From: Phaeosaccion multiseriatum
Lineage: Eukaryota; Protista; Ochrophyta, other classes
Direction: 5' to 3'
Assembly (NCBI GenBank): GCA_965112735.1
Contig: OZ218959.1
Coordinates: forward strand, 1,178,001-1,242,000
DNA length: 64,000 nt
A program made the position numbers and the translations under genes. This document shows positions 48,013-60,082 of the stretch, one piece after another. The notes under the pieces were generated by a model, which saw nothing but the letters and a program-made list of their open reading frames with translations, did no database searches and was not told the DNA's origin. Numbering within the stretch: the first letter of the stretch is position 1; every line of letters begins with the position of its first letter.

Positions 48013-51000
48013 GTCTGTCCTGCTATCCGTCCTTCTGTCTCCCTCCCTCCCTCCCTCCCCCCCTCCCTCTGTCTGTCTGTCTCCCCCCCCCCTCCCCCCC
48101 CCTCTCTCTCTCTCGCACTTCCTCTCTCTCTCTCTTCCTCACTTCTCCCTGCGCCCCGTCCCTCTCTCTGCCAGGCCCTCGGTGTGGGCAAGTGGCTCGT
48201 CCTCTTCTGCGACGAAGTGAACCTCGCAGCCCCCGACAGTTACGGCACACAGAGAGTCATCACCTTCATGCGGCAGCTCACTGAGTACGGAGGGTTCTGG
48301 AGGGAGGACTGTTGTTGGGTCAAGCTCAGGAGGGTGCAGTTTGTGGGCGCCTGCAACCCTCCAACGGACGCAGGTGCGTGGTATGTGTGTGCGTGCGTGT
48401 GTGTGTATGTGGCGGGAAGGAGGTTGAGTGTAGCGGGTGGGTGTGTATATACAGTGTGTGTGTGTGTGTGCATGCGTGTGTGTGTCCACAAAATGACCCT
48501 TCGCTCCTCCTCCCCTACGGCCCCTACCATCCACTGCAACCCATCCAATGCCATCCAATGCCATCCAATACCATCCAATGCTATCCACTGCCATCCACTG
48601 CCCTCCACCACCCCCCACCCTACCCCCCCCCTCAGGCCGTGTGTCCCTTCCTCAGCGCTTCCTGCGTCACTCACCCCTCCTTCTTGTGGACTTCCCTTCA
48701 ACGGAGAGCCTGCACCAGATCTATGGCACTTTCAACGATGCCCTGCTCAAGTTGCACCCCTCCCTCAGGGGCCACTTGGAGGCCCTGACGGGCGCCATGA
48801 TCGATGTGTATTCGGCCAACCAGCGTCGCTTCACACCTGACCTTCACCCGCAGTATATTTACTCCCCTAGAGAGCTCAGTCGATGGGTAAGGGCGTTGTA
48901 TGAGGCGATGAGTCCCCTTGAGTCCATGTCGCTGGAGGAGCTTGTGCGGCTGTGGGCCCATGAGGCATTGCGGCTGTTTAGCGACCGTCTCGTAACGGCA
49001 GAGGAGAAGGAGTGGTGCGATAGGTACATTGACAGTGCCGCAGGGAAGCACTTCCCCGGGGTGGAGGGAGGCGTGGAGGCCACGCTTGCACGCCCTCTCC
49101 TCTACAGCTCATGGCTCAGCAAGAACTACTCCTCGGTGGATAAGCAGGTAGGTGGGAGTGTGGGTGGGTGGGTGAGCGAGTGTGTTAGGGAGTGAAGGAG
49201 GGAGGGAGGGAGGGAGGGAGCCAAGGTGAGTCAGTGAGTGAGTCAAGGCAGCCCTATACTACGCCCAGCCGCCCCCCCCCCCCCTCCAAGCCCATCCACT
49301 GCCATCCCCCCCCCCCCCCCCACTCCATCCGCTGCCATCCCCCACACCCCAGGCGCTGCGTGACTTCATCGCGGCGCGGCTCCGAGTGTTCTACGAAGAG
49401 GAGCTGGACGTACCCCTTGTGATCTTTGATGACGTCCTTGAGCACGTGCTGCGCATTGACAGGGTGCTGCGGCAACCCATCGGACACTTGCTGCTCGTGG
49501 GGGAGAGCGGGGCGGGCAAGACGGTGCTGTCTCGCTTCGTGAGTTGGATGAACGGCCTCAGCATCTTCCAAATCAAGGCCAGCAGACGTTACACACTGGC
49601 GGAGTTTGACGAAGATCTGAGAGGCATCATGAAGCGTGTGGGCTGCGGGGGAGAGCGCCTTTGCTTCATCTTCGACGAAAGCAATGTGTTGGGGGCGGCC
49701 TTTCTGGAGAGGATGAATGCGCTCTTGGCCAGTGGGGAGGTTCCCGGGCTCTTTGAGCAGGGGGAGGAGTACTCAAATCTCATGGCGAGCTGTCGGGAAT
49801 CGGCGAGTCGGGACGGAGTCATTGTGGACTCCGAGGATGAGCTCTTCCGCCGCTTCACCCGCCTGGTGCAGCGGAACCTTCATGTGGTGTTTACGATGAA
49901 CCCCGCCAGTCAGGACTTTGGTGATCGATGCACCACCTCCCCCGCCCTTTTTAACCGCTGCGTAGTCAATTGGTTCGGCACATGGGGCCACACGGCCCTC
50001 GCTCAGGTGGGCTACGAACTCACTTCACACGTGGATGCCGGGGACGAGGAGTATATTCCGCCTGAGGACGCAGCGCACCTGCTGGCCGTTGTGGACAGCC
50101 TTCTGGTGCCATCTGAAGGCCAGCAGGGAGAGGATGGTGTGGAGGCAGTCGGGTTGTCGATCGACATCCGGCACGCGGTGGTGGCTTGCTTGGTCAACAT
50201 GCACCGCTCTGTCAAGGCAGCCACGGAGCGCCTCGCCAGGCGTAAGGCAGTGAGACACTTCATCTCACCTCGAGATTATCTCGACCTCATTCGAAACTTC
50301 GTCAAGGTGACGCAGGAGAAGCGTGCTCAGCTAGAGGAGCAGCAGCTGCATGTCAACGTGGGGCTGGCTAAGCTACAGGAGACACAGGAGAGTGTGGCCT
50401 CTCTGCAACAGGGGTTGACGACCAAGGAGGAGGAGCTGGAGGCGAAGAACCAACTGGCCAACGCCAAACTCCAGCAGATGGTGGCGGAGCAGAACGAAGC
50501 CGAGAGACGCAAGGAGGAGGCGACGAAGCTGTCGGCGGAGCTGGAGAGGCAGAACAGCGAGATCTTTGCAAGGAGGACGGAGGTGGAGTCTGAACTGGGG
50601 GAGGCGGAGCCCGCGCTGCTCTCAGCACAGGTGAGAGTGATGTGCTCCATCGAGAAGCTGATTCTGACCCTCTGACTGCCGGACCCTGACCCTCTGCCCC
50701 CCTAGCCCCTTACTCTCTCTCACCCTCTGACCATCTGACTCTGACATCGGACCCTGACCCACTGACCCTCTGTGACCCGCTGACCCTCTGTGACCCACTG
50801 ACTCTGACCCAATCAGGCGAGTGTGCGCTCCATCAAAAGGGCTCACTTGGATGAGATTAAGCGCCTCGCCCGCCCCCCGCAGGCTGTGCAAACCACACTC
50901 GAGGCGGTGGCGACCATGCTGGGCCACTCCAATCCGGAATGGTCCGACGTGCGGAAGGTGATTGCGGCGCCCGACTTTATTGCTTCCGTGGTCGAGTTCG

Positions 51001-53811
51001 ACGCGGATACGCTGTCGGATAAAAGCATTCAGGCGGTGGAGGGCATCTTTGCGTCCGTGGCAGGGGACGGAGAGGGAGGGGGAGGGACGGAGCTTGACGA
51101 GGAGAGTGTCACACGCGCCTCCAAGGCGTGCGGGCCCTTATTCAGTTGGGTCAAGAGTCAGATCCACTTCAGCCGCATCACGCTGCGCATCCAACCGCTG
51201 CGGGATGAAGTGAACTCGCTGCAGGTGAAGAGCGATGACCTGCAGGGGCAGAAGGAGGAGCTGGAGGAAGCCATCATTGGGCTTGAGGCCTCCATAGCCA
51301 CTTACAAGGCTGAGTACGCAGAGAGCATTCGCGAGATTGAGTCCGTCAAGGCCGAGATGGAGAGTGTCAGGACCAAGGTGCGTGTGTGTGTGCGTGTTGT
51401 ATGTTTGAGTGCGCATGTGAGTGCGTATGTGCGTGTACGTGCGTATGTATGTGAGCAAGTGAGGAAGGTCCGTCCGTCCTCGAGCTCAAACCCACCCCAC
51501 CCAAGCGTCTCGTCCCCATTCCTCCGTAACGTCAACATTCCTCCGTATTGTCGACGTTCCTTCTGACCACCGAACAGTGCCAACGAGCAGAGGCGCTTCT
51601 ACAGAACCTTCTTCACGAGAAGGAGCGCTGGGAGGGCAGCAGCAGAAGCTTCCAGGACCAGATGAGATCCCTCCTCGGAGATTGCCTGCTGTCAGCCGCC
51701 TTCGTCAGCTACGTGGGCATCTTTGAGTACCGCAGCCGGCGAACCCTCATGGGGCAGTGGAAGACCATTCTCGACGGGCTCAGAGTGCCTTATCGAGCCA
51801 ACTTGTCCCTCATTGACTACTTGAGTAAGGTGTCGGACCGCCTCGAGTGGCACAGTCAAGGCCTACCGGCGGACGACTTGTGTGTGGAGAACGCCATTGT
51901 GCTTCATCGCTTCAATCGCTTCCCGCTGGTTGTGGACCCTTCGGGGCAGTCAACGGCCTTCCTCATGGACCATTTCAAGGACCGAAAGATCACCAAGACC
52001 TCCTTCCTCGACGCTTCCTTCATGAAGACGCTTGCCTCGGCAATTCGCTTCGGCACCCCTCTGCTGGTGCAGGATGTGGAGTCCATCGACCCCGTTCTCA
52101 ACCCCTTGCTCAACAAGGAGCTACATAAGACGGGAGGGCGCACCCTCATCCGCCTGGGCAGCGAGGACATTGACTTCTCCCCACGCTTCCTCATCATCCT
52201 CACGACGCGGAACCCCGCGGCGCAGTTCACGCCGGACCTGTGCTCCCGTGTGACGATGGTGAACTTTACGGTTACACCTGCCTCTCTGCAGAGTCAAGCG
52301 CTCAGCTCTGTGTTGAGGGCAGAGCGGCCGGATGTGGACGAGAGGAGGAGGCAGGTCCTGCAGCTGCAGGGGGAGCAGAGCGTCAAGCTGAGGGGCCTGG
52401 AGGAGCGCTTGCTGGAGACCATCAGGTGCGGTGCCGCAGTTGGTGATACAGGGGCCAACCCAACCAACCCCTCCTCCCTCCTCCTCCTCCTCCTCCTCCT
52501 CCTCCTCCTACCTCCACTCACTTACCCCCCTCCTCCTCTCCTCCTACTTCCACTCAATCACTCTGTCCCTCCCTCCCTCCGTCACTCACTCACTCACTCC
52601 CTCCCTCCCCTCCTCCCATCCCTCCCCCAACCGTGCCCAGCACTGTGCAAGGCAACATCCTGGACGACAACACCGTCATAGAGGCGCTGGAGAGCCTCAA
52701 GACCGAGGCAGGGGACGTGGAGAAGGAGGTGGAGCGGACCCAAGCCGTCATGGAGGAGGTCGAGGCTGCCTCTGCCGTGTACGAGCCCCTGGCCGTGGCC
52801 TGCAGCCGCATCTTCTTTGCCATTGAGAGCCTGGCGAGCGTACACTTCCTCTACCACTTCTCCCTCCAAGCCTTTTTGGAGATTTTGGGCCTCGTGCTTA
52901 GCGGAGGAGGAGGAGGAGGAGGAGGAGGAGGAGGAGGAGGAGGAGGAGGAGGAGGAGGAGGAGGCACCGCACCCACTCCGAAGCAGCAGGACGCCAGTGG
53001 GAGGCTGGCGGAACTGCGCAAGAGACTTTTCTTCGAGGTTTGTAGGAGGGCCTGCCGTGGGCTCCTGCAAGAGGACAGGCAGGTGTTCGCACTCCGACTG
53101 GCCCAGATCTTTGTACAGGGCAGGCAGGACGGCATCGAGCTCAGCCATCTCGAGATGGAGGTGCTGCTCAAGGGAGCCGCCGCCGTCATGTTCAGCGGAG
53201 AGGCGGACTGGAGGGGTGGGGGTGGCAGTGGCAGTGGCAGTGGGGGGGAGGAGGAGACGGCGGCGGCAGCGGGGGTGTCGGTGAGGGTTCGCGGAGGCAG
53301 CGATCGCCAGTGCAGAGAGCTCTCGGCGCTGTGCCTACTGCCTCGCTGGGGTCCCAAGCTGCTGGCGAGTCTTCGGAAGGAGGAGGCAGGTGGAGGAGAT
53401 GGTGATACGGCTGCTGCTGCTGCTAGGTCTTGGGCAGCGGTGCTGACGTCACCCGAAGCCGAGAATGCTCTCCCCGAGACGGGATGGGCCGACGTTGACT
53501 CAGAGCCCTCCCCCGAGCTCCGCGCCTGGATGCGGCTCCTCGTCGTCAACGCCCTCCGCCCGGACCGCACGCTCTCCGCCATTGGCGATTTGATCTCCGC
53601 CATGTTCGGATCGGACTTTCCCTGGGACGAGTCTGTGGACCTTGCTGCCGCGGTAGGAGGGTCGGATGGCGCAAGTGGGAGGGGATGCACGCCGGTGCTG
53701 CTGTGCAGTGAGGCGGGCCACGATGCGAGTCACAAGGTCGAGGCTTTGGCAGAGGGGCTGGGGAAGAGCCTCGCTTCGGTGGCCATGGGCAGCGCGGAGG
53801 GCTTCGAGATG

Positions 53812-53864
<53 letters not shown>

Positions 53865-54345
53865 CCTGTTTATATGTGTCTGTATTTGTCTGTCTTCTCC
53901 CCACTCCTGCCCACCCTCCCCAACACCCTCACTCCTACCCCCCCCACCCTCCTCCAGGCCGACCGCTGCATCAGCCAAGCCGCTAAGGACGGCAGCTGGG
54001 TCCTCCTGCGCAACACCCACTTGTGCCCGGAGTGGCTTGTTCAGCTTGAGAAGCGCACACACACCACTCTAGCCCGCCCCCACCCCGCCTTCCGCCTGCT
54101 CCTCACCAGCGACATCAGCCCTACGCTGCCCACCGCGCTGCTCCGCGCCTGTCAGATCTGTGTGTATGAGGCTCCGAAGGGTATGCGGGCCAATGTGCTG
54201 CGCTTCCTCAAGGGGGTGCCGCCAGAGCGTGAGTGTGTGTGTGTCTGTCTGTCTCTCTCTGTGTGTGTGCGTGTGTGTGAGTGTGTGTGTGTCTGTCTGT
54301 CTATCTCTGTGTGTCTGTCTCTCTCTCTCTGTGCGTGTGTGTGAG

Positions 54346-54378
<33 letters not shown>

Positions 54379-54489
54379 CTCTGTCTGTCTGTCTCTCTCT
54401 GTGTGTGTGTGCGTGTGTGTGAGTGTGTGTGTCTGTCTGTCTGTCTATCTCTGTGTGTCTGTCTCTCTCTCTCTGTGCGTGTGTGTGAG

Positions 54490-54528
<39 letters not shown>

Positions 54529-57500
54529 GTGTGTGTGCGTGTGTGTGAGTGTGTGTGTCTTTGTGTCTCTCTCTCTGTGTGTGTGTCTGTCTCTCTCTGT
54601 GTGTGTGTGTCTGTCTGTCTGTCTCTCTCTGTGTGTGCGTGTGTGTGAGTGTGTGTGTCTGTCTGTCTGTCTCTCTCTGTGTGTGTGCGTGTGTGTGAGT
54701 GTGTGTCTGTCTGTCTATCTCTCTGCGTGTCTGTCTCTCTCTCTCTGTGTGTGTGTCTGTCTGTCTATCTCTCTCTGTGTGTGTCTCTCTCTCTCTCTCT
54801 GTGTGTCTGTCTGTCTATCTCTGTGTGTGTGTGTCTCTCTCTCTCTCTCTCTGTGTGTGTGTGAGTGTGTGTGGTGCTTGTGTATGCCGATGTGCTTCTA
54901 TCGCATTTATATTTGGGCTGTTTGTGTAGCAGGGGAAAATGCTGCACACACACGCGCACGTTCACTCGCACACACACACGCGCACACACGCACCCACACG
55001 TACACACACACTCAACCCCACCCCCCCCAACACACACGCACACACACGCACACACACGCACACACACAGGTATGCAACATGCGCCCACAGAGCGCAACCG
55101 TGTGTACGTGGTGCTGGCGTGGTTGCATGCGATGGTGCTGGAGAGGCTGCGCTACTTGCCGATCGGCTGGTCAAAGGCCTACGAGTTCAGCGAGGCGGAT
55201 GCCACATGCGCATTGGGTGCCATCGACACGTGGATAGACAACGCGGCGGGGGGCAAGACGGTGCGGTGGGAGGGACGGAAGGGAGGAGAGGGAGGGAGGA
55301 GATAGAGGGAGGAGAGGAGAGAGTGGGAGGGGGGAGAGAGAGAGGGCGGGCAAGTTTGAAATTGCTCATCCTTCTTACCACTTCCACTACCCTCCCGCCC
55401 CCTTCTTCTGTCCCTGCGTTGGCTGTTGCTTGCCTCCCTCCCTCCCTCCCTCCCTCCCTCCCTCCCTCCCTCTCTCCGGCCGTCCGTTCCTCAATATGTG
55501 CAGCACATTTCCCCCGAAGACATTCCCTGGGAGGCGCTGCGCACGCTCCTGAGTCAGAGTATCTATGGAGGCCGTGTGGACAACGCCTTCGATCAAGAGC
55601 TCATGGAATCGTTCGTGGAACGGCTCTTTGTGCCCCAGGCATTCGATCTGGACTTCCCTCTGAGCGTGGTGACTGATGCAGATGGCACCCAACGGGCGCT
55701 CGTCACCATGCCGGACGCAACGAGTAGGGAGGACTTCATGGTGAGGGAGAGCGGGAGAGGGGTGGGGATGGCAGTGGATGGAGAACAGTGGGATAGCAGG
55801 GCATGGAGAAGAGGGGGATGGCAGTGGACGGAGAAGAGGCCTCTGCTGTTGCTGCCGGGGCACTGCCCTGAGCTTCAAGAGCTGCCTACCGCCACTGCCC
55901 TCCCCCCGACAGCCCTACTCACTCACTCACTCACTCCCTCCCTCCCCCTCCCCCTCCTCCATCCCCCCCCCTCTCCTCCGCCTACCTACCCCCGCAGAAA
56001 TGGGCGGAGTCCTTGCAGGCCAGTAACCCTCCCACGTGGCTCGGCCTGGCTCCTCACGCAGAGGCGGCGCTTCTTACGGCCCGAGGCATCCGAGTCCTCA
56101 CACACCTCATGCACATTCAGGATGAGGCGGAGGAGGACGGGCTCGGCTCGGCTGTTTCTACTGGAGGGGGTTTGCTCAGTCCCACGGGAGGCCTGTTCAG
56201 TCCCAGGGGGGGGCAAGGAGAAGGAGGAGGAGGAGGAGGAGGAGGAGGAGGAGGAGGTGCTTTTGGATTCGGCACAGCGACGGAGGCAGGGGGACTGGAG
56301 GAGGGAGATGAGGAAGACGAAAGCGGTGGTGGTGGGAGTAGTAGTAGTGCTGGTGCTGGTAGGGGAGGAGGAGGAGGAGGAGGAGGAGGAGGAGGAGGCG
56401 GCGGCGTTGGAAGCCACAAGCTCAAAGCTTTGCTGACCACTGCAGGTGGGTGGCTTAGCGCACTCCCCAGCCAGCTGGAGGCGGGCCGTCTGGCGAGTGA
56501 GAGCGGCTCCTCGGACGCGCTGCACCGCTGCCTGTGCCGGGAGGTGCAGCAGGGAAGAGCGCTGCTGGAGAGGGTCAGGGCCGACCTTACTCTCGTTCAG
56601 GCTTACTGCGACGGGAGGATGAAGGTGCGGGGCGGGACGGAGGGGGAAGGGCGGGGGTGGCCAAAGGGTAGGAGGCAGAGTGTCTGGGTGGTACGATTGA
56701 GTGAGTGAGTGAGGGAATGAGTGTGTGAATGAGTGAGTGAGTGAGTGAGTGAGTGAGTGAGTGGTGAGACGTGTTGGGTGGAAATTCGGAGAGCGTTCCA
56801 CTCCTCCCCATTGCCGCTCCCTCCCTCCCTCCCTCCCCCCCTCCCTTCTTTTCTGTCCTCCTCATCCCTCTCTCTCTCTCTCTCTCTCTCCGTCCTCCCT
56901 CTCCCCCCCCCCCCCATCTCTCTCTCCCACAGGGTACAAACGAAGTCCGTGCCCTCGTCGCCAGCCTCGTGCGCGACATCGTCCCCCCTCAGTGGCTGAG
57001 CAGGAGCACCGCAGGGACAGTGCCCCCTGCCCTGGCTGCCAGCGGGTGGGTGGCAGACACCAAGTTGAGGGTGCAGCACTTGGCAGAATTGGCCGCCTCC
57101 GACAAGGATGCGCACGCCAGGGAGTACTGGCTGGGCGGGTGAGTGGTGTGACTGGAGGCATATGGTGGTGCTTCCCCTCGCGACGGAGTGGCATGGTGAC
57201 AGGCCAGCTGCATGTACCTGAGGGGGGAAGAAGGTCGTATGGGGCCCATTTCGATTGTTCATGAAGTCACGCCTGCCTGCCTGCCTTCCTACCTGCCTGC
57301 CTGGTTGCCTGCCCATATGCCTGCCCATATGCCTGCCCATATGCCTGCCCATATGCCTGCCTGTCTCAGACTCTTCAACCCCGAGGCCTTCATGACGGCG
57401 ACGCGGCAGTACGTGGCGCAGTTCCGCCAATGCTCTCTGGAGGACCTCTCTTTGCGCTTCCAAGTGGGTCCGAGCAGCGAGCAGGACGGCACCAGCTTCA

Positions 57501-57835
57501 GCGTTCGGGGTATGGCGCTGGAGGGGGCGGGGTGGGGCGCAAGTGGGGCGGGTGGTGAAGGAGAGCTGAGTCTAAGCGACGAGCATCGGGCGGCCCTGCC
57601 CGTCAGCACGCTGTCCTGGGTCACCGAGTCACAAACGACGACGACGTCGGAGGGCCAGCAGCAGCAGCAGCAGCAGCAGCAGCAAGAGCAGCAAGTGATG
57701 CTCTTCCCTCTGTACCTGCACGGCGGCAGACAGGACTTGATTCAGCAGCTCACTCTGCACCGGCCACTTGCAGTGCCCGAGTCGGTTTGGAGGCAGAGAG
57801 GGGCCGCGCTGATTGCTTGGAACAAGGCCCTGTGA
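31688..57835 (+). CDS. DYNC1H1: Cytoplasmic dynein 1 heavy chain (38 exons)
   Basis: Tail motifs ([39 protein letters not shown]), linker [12 protein letters not shown]-loops GPAGTGKTE (42361), [24 protein letters not shown], stalk/MTBD and AAA5/6. Exons: 31688-32385, 32684-32774, 33087-33260, 33572-33733, 34059-34176, 34352-34503, 34785-36452, 36734-38020, 38212-38922, 39108-39259, 39417-39591, 40087-40311, 40671-41042, 41322-41509, 42015-42495, 42696-42868, 43035-43134, 43401-43581, 43859-43981, 44316-44446, 44747-44956, 45236-45375, 45866-46718, 47018-47123, 47341-47453, 47629-47760, 48175-48373, 48636-49147, 49353-50630, 50817-51377, 51578-52425, 52641-53811, 53958-54228, 55070-55260, 55504-55740, 55998-56624, 56933-57138, 57370-57835. 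Confidence 0.97.
39597..39975. repeat. Degenerate intronic minisatellite, core TGTCCTGACACC
   Basis: About 10 diverged units of CTTCTGTCCTGACACC(TAGTA/CATTA)..CCCCTCTA. Confidence 0.9.
40312..40540 (+). repeat. Intronic 28-bp tandem repeat built from GTGAGT/GTAAGT
   Basis: GTGAGTGAG(G/A)GAATGAGTGGGT(G/A)AGTGG about 8 times, starting at the splice donor. Confidence 0.9.
43992..44240 (+). repeat. Intronic heptamer array (TCAGGTG/TCAGGTA)n
   Basis: About 30 units directly visible. Confidence 0.95.
45387..45649. repeat. Intronic octamer array (GCCYGTAT)n
   Basis: About 32 units directly visible. Confidence 0.95.
46759..46880. repeat. (TTG/CTG)n intronic microsatellite
   Basis: Directly visible; source of the spurious poly-Cys in the ORF track. 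Confidence 0.9.
54229..54870. repeat. Compound (GT)n/(GTCT)n/(CT)n intronic satellite
   Basis: About 640 bp of higher-order repeated microsatellite blocks. Confidence 0.95.
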
Positions 57836-58480
57836 AGGAACAGGGGGGAGGTGGTGAGAGCACCCCTCCCTCCCCTCTCAAAGAGAACGGCGCCCTGAAT
57901 CATGATTAGTGAATGATTACAATGTCACATTATATTATTATTGGTACAGTTTGGAACCCGGCCGTGCAAACCCTTTTGCTGCCTTTTGCACCGCACCCCC
58001 TCCCCCCTCTTGTTTTGCAAAGCCCCGACATGTACCGACTCGGAGGTCCAACCGAAGCAAAGTCTGTAGCTGCCATGGCGCTTGCTCTCTCCTTGATGGT
58101 CTGATGCTTCACTCGTGACAGAGACCTCGACTATCGAGTTATTAGTCGATAGAGCCCCCCTAGTTCGACCCTGAGCCTTGAGACACATGGAGCCCATCCC
58201 TGCCCCGAACCAAATTGCCTTGCCTCAAAGGCCTCAGAGGCAGAGAGAAGTGACAAGTGCTCAGCTCTCGCTGCTTATAGATGCCCCAACGCCACCTCAA
58301 CGCCACCTCAACGCCACCTCAACGCCACTCGGTGTGGGGGCGCCTGCTCGAAGCACAATGGGAAGGAGCATGGAAGTCATCGAGTGCACTCGCCTTTGAG
58401 CACTTTCGCTTCTTCTTCTTCTTCTTCCTGTGCGCTGATACGCGAGCGTGCCAGGCTCAGAGGAACAGAGACAGGTCAGA

Positions 58481-58630
58481 CAGGTGGTACGCCAGGCAGG
58501 CAGATGGTACGCCAGGCAGGCAGGTGGTACGCCAGGCAGGCAGATGGTACGCCAGGCAGGCAGGTGGTACGCCAGGCAGGCAGGTGGTACGCCAGGCAGG
58601 CAGGTGGTACGCCAGGCAGGCAGGTGGTAC
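58481..58630. repeat. 20-bp tandem repeat (CAGRTGGTACGCCAGGCAGG) x7.5
   Basis: Directly visible, between the convergent dynein and PIG-F genes. Confidence 0.95.
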
Positions 58631-58933
58631 CGGACCCGGCCAGAGAAGGCGAGAGGGGTCTCGTGTGTGCACCCATCCGATCACGCCCTTTGTTGTCCTT
58701 CTCGGGCCGTGGGGGTGGTTGGTAGACACGCCTTGTCGCTGCACCAGAGGACTGGCTCAAATGGCTTGAGGCCTCCCAGAGTGTGACCCCGTTACACCCC
58801 GTTGCCCCTTAATGGAGAGAGAAGGAGCAGGAGTTGAAGAGTGCTGGTGCGGGTGGGTGCTGGTGCTACTGGTGCCAGCTCGTCGGGCCATACCCGTCAC
58901 CCAGCTGCCGTGAGCACACACACAGCCAGTCAG

Positions 58934-59778
58934 TTACCCTCCTTCTCCTCCGTAGGGCTTGCTCCGACGAAGGCGCTGCACAGTGTTGTAAGTCCACAAG
59001 CCGAGCGCCCCCGCGCCGTATCCCAGCAGCCCTCCCACCATCACGCTCAAGGGCCACACCTGCCACGGTCTATTCCAGTCCAGGCAGATCGGCACCGCCC
59101 CCAGCCAAGCTCCCTGCAGGGTGGAGATGGCCGTTACACACTCAAAGGCGGGGTTTGTGGCCAGGAGGCGAGGGGCAGGGGGAGGAGAGGAGGGAGGAGT
59201 CCGTGCAGAGGGGAAGGCTGTCGAGATGCCCAGAGGCATGAAGGAGAGGGAGGAGAGCAGCACTGCACAGCAGAGGCTCTGAGGGAGGTGGGTGGACAGC
59301 GGGACCCCTAACGCCAGCATGCCCAGAAACAGGAGCAACGCGCCACCCACGAGGCCCACGAGACCGAAGACGATGACGGCCAGTATCCTCTGCTGTGATG
59401 GTAAACAAGGTTCGTTCGCAGAGGAAGAGTTGGGGGCAAGGAGGTGAGGTAGGGCGGGCATCAGCAGCAGCAGCAGAAGTAGTTCTGCCTCTCTACCCTC
59501 CAAACAAAGTGAGAGAGGGGGGGGCTTGGTTCACTCACCGTCTCCAGGCCCTTGCCTCCCCGCGAGTACGAGACGTTGGCCGCACCCCACCACCGCCCCG
59601 CAGCTACAACTACCCCCACCCCCACGGCCCTTAGGCAGCAGGCCGCGAGAGGCCCCGCGGGAAGCCCCATCATGCCCCTTTCAAGAGGGCCAGGCCCGTC
59701 CGATAGCAGTGGGAAAAGGGGCCATGCCGCGGCCCTCAGGAGGAGAATTGGTAGCACCACCTCCAGCAGAAGCGTCAT
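58934..59778 (-). CDS. PIGF: GPI-anchor biosynthesis protein PIG-F/Gpi11
   Basis: Exons 59778-59539 and 59392(or 59389)-58934. Hydrophobic protein with the family motif GAWLGAVPICLDWNRPWQVWP. Confidence 0.9.
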
Positions 59779-60082
59779 AAGCTATGTAAACATGTACTTG
59801 AGGAAGCGAAGAAAAAGAAATGGAGAAGGAACGTAAACCAAGTGATGCGGCAGTTGGTGATATATACAAGTGCCGCGGCAGTTGTGAAACGGTTTGGCAC
59901 ATGGCACACTTCACACTTCTTCAAATAGTATAAATATATTTCTGTATGTTATGGTCGCATCAGCGTGCTCCGCTTCTGCACGCCTCAAGAGTCTCTCTTC
60001 TTTCTCCCTCCCTCCCCCCCCTCCTCCCCTCCCTTTCCCTCGCCCCCTCCAAGCTGCCTCTGCACATGGTCGCGTGCTGAAA

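Noticed and set aside
45395-55237. Repeat-peptide ORFs (PVCPYARM, poly-Cys, CVCLSV, QVSGVR)
   Set aside because: These are translations of intronic satellites lying between canonical dynein splice sites.
1-57835. Functional gene cluster (U3 snoRNP pair, mitochondrial trio, CENP-C plus dynein)
   Set aside because: Housekeeping genes of mixed function in a dense genome; no shared pathway can be supported without synteny data.
58481-58630. Regular repeats (also 9736-9855 and 63780-64000) as a CRISPR array
   Set aside because: Units are head-to-tail with no unique spacers, no cas genes are present, and the context is eukaryotic.
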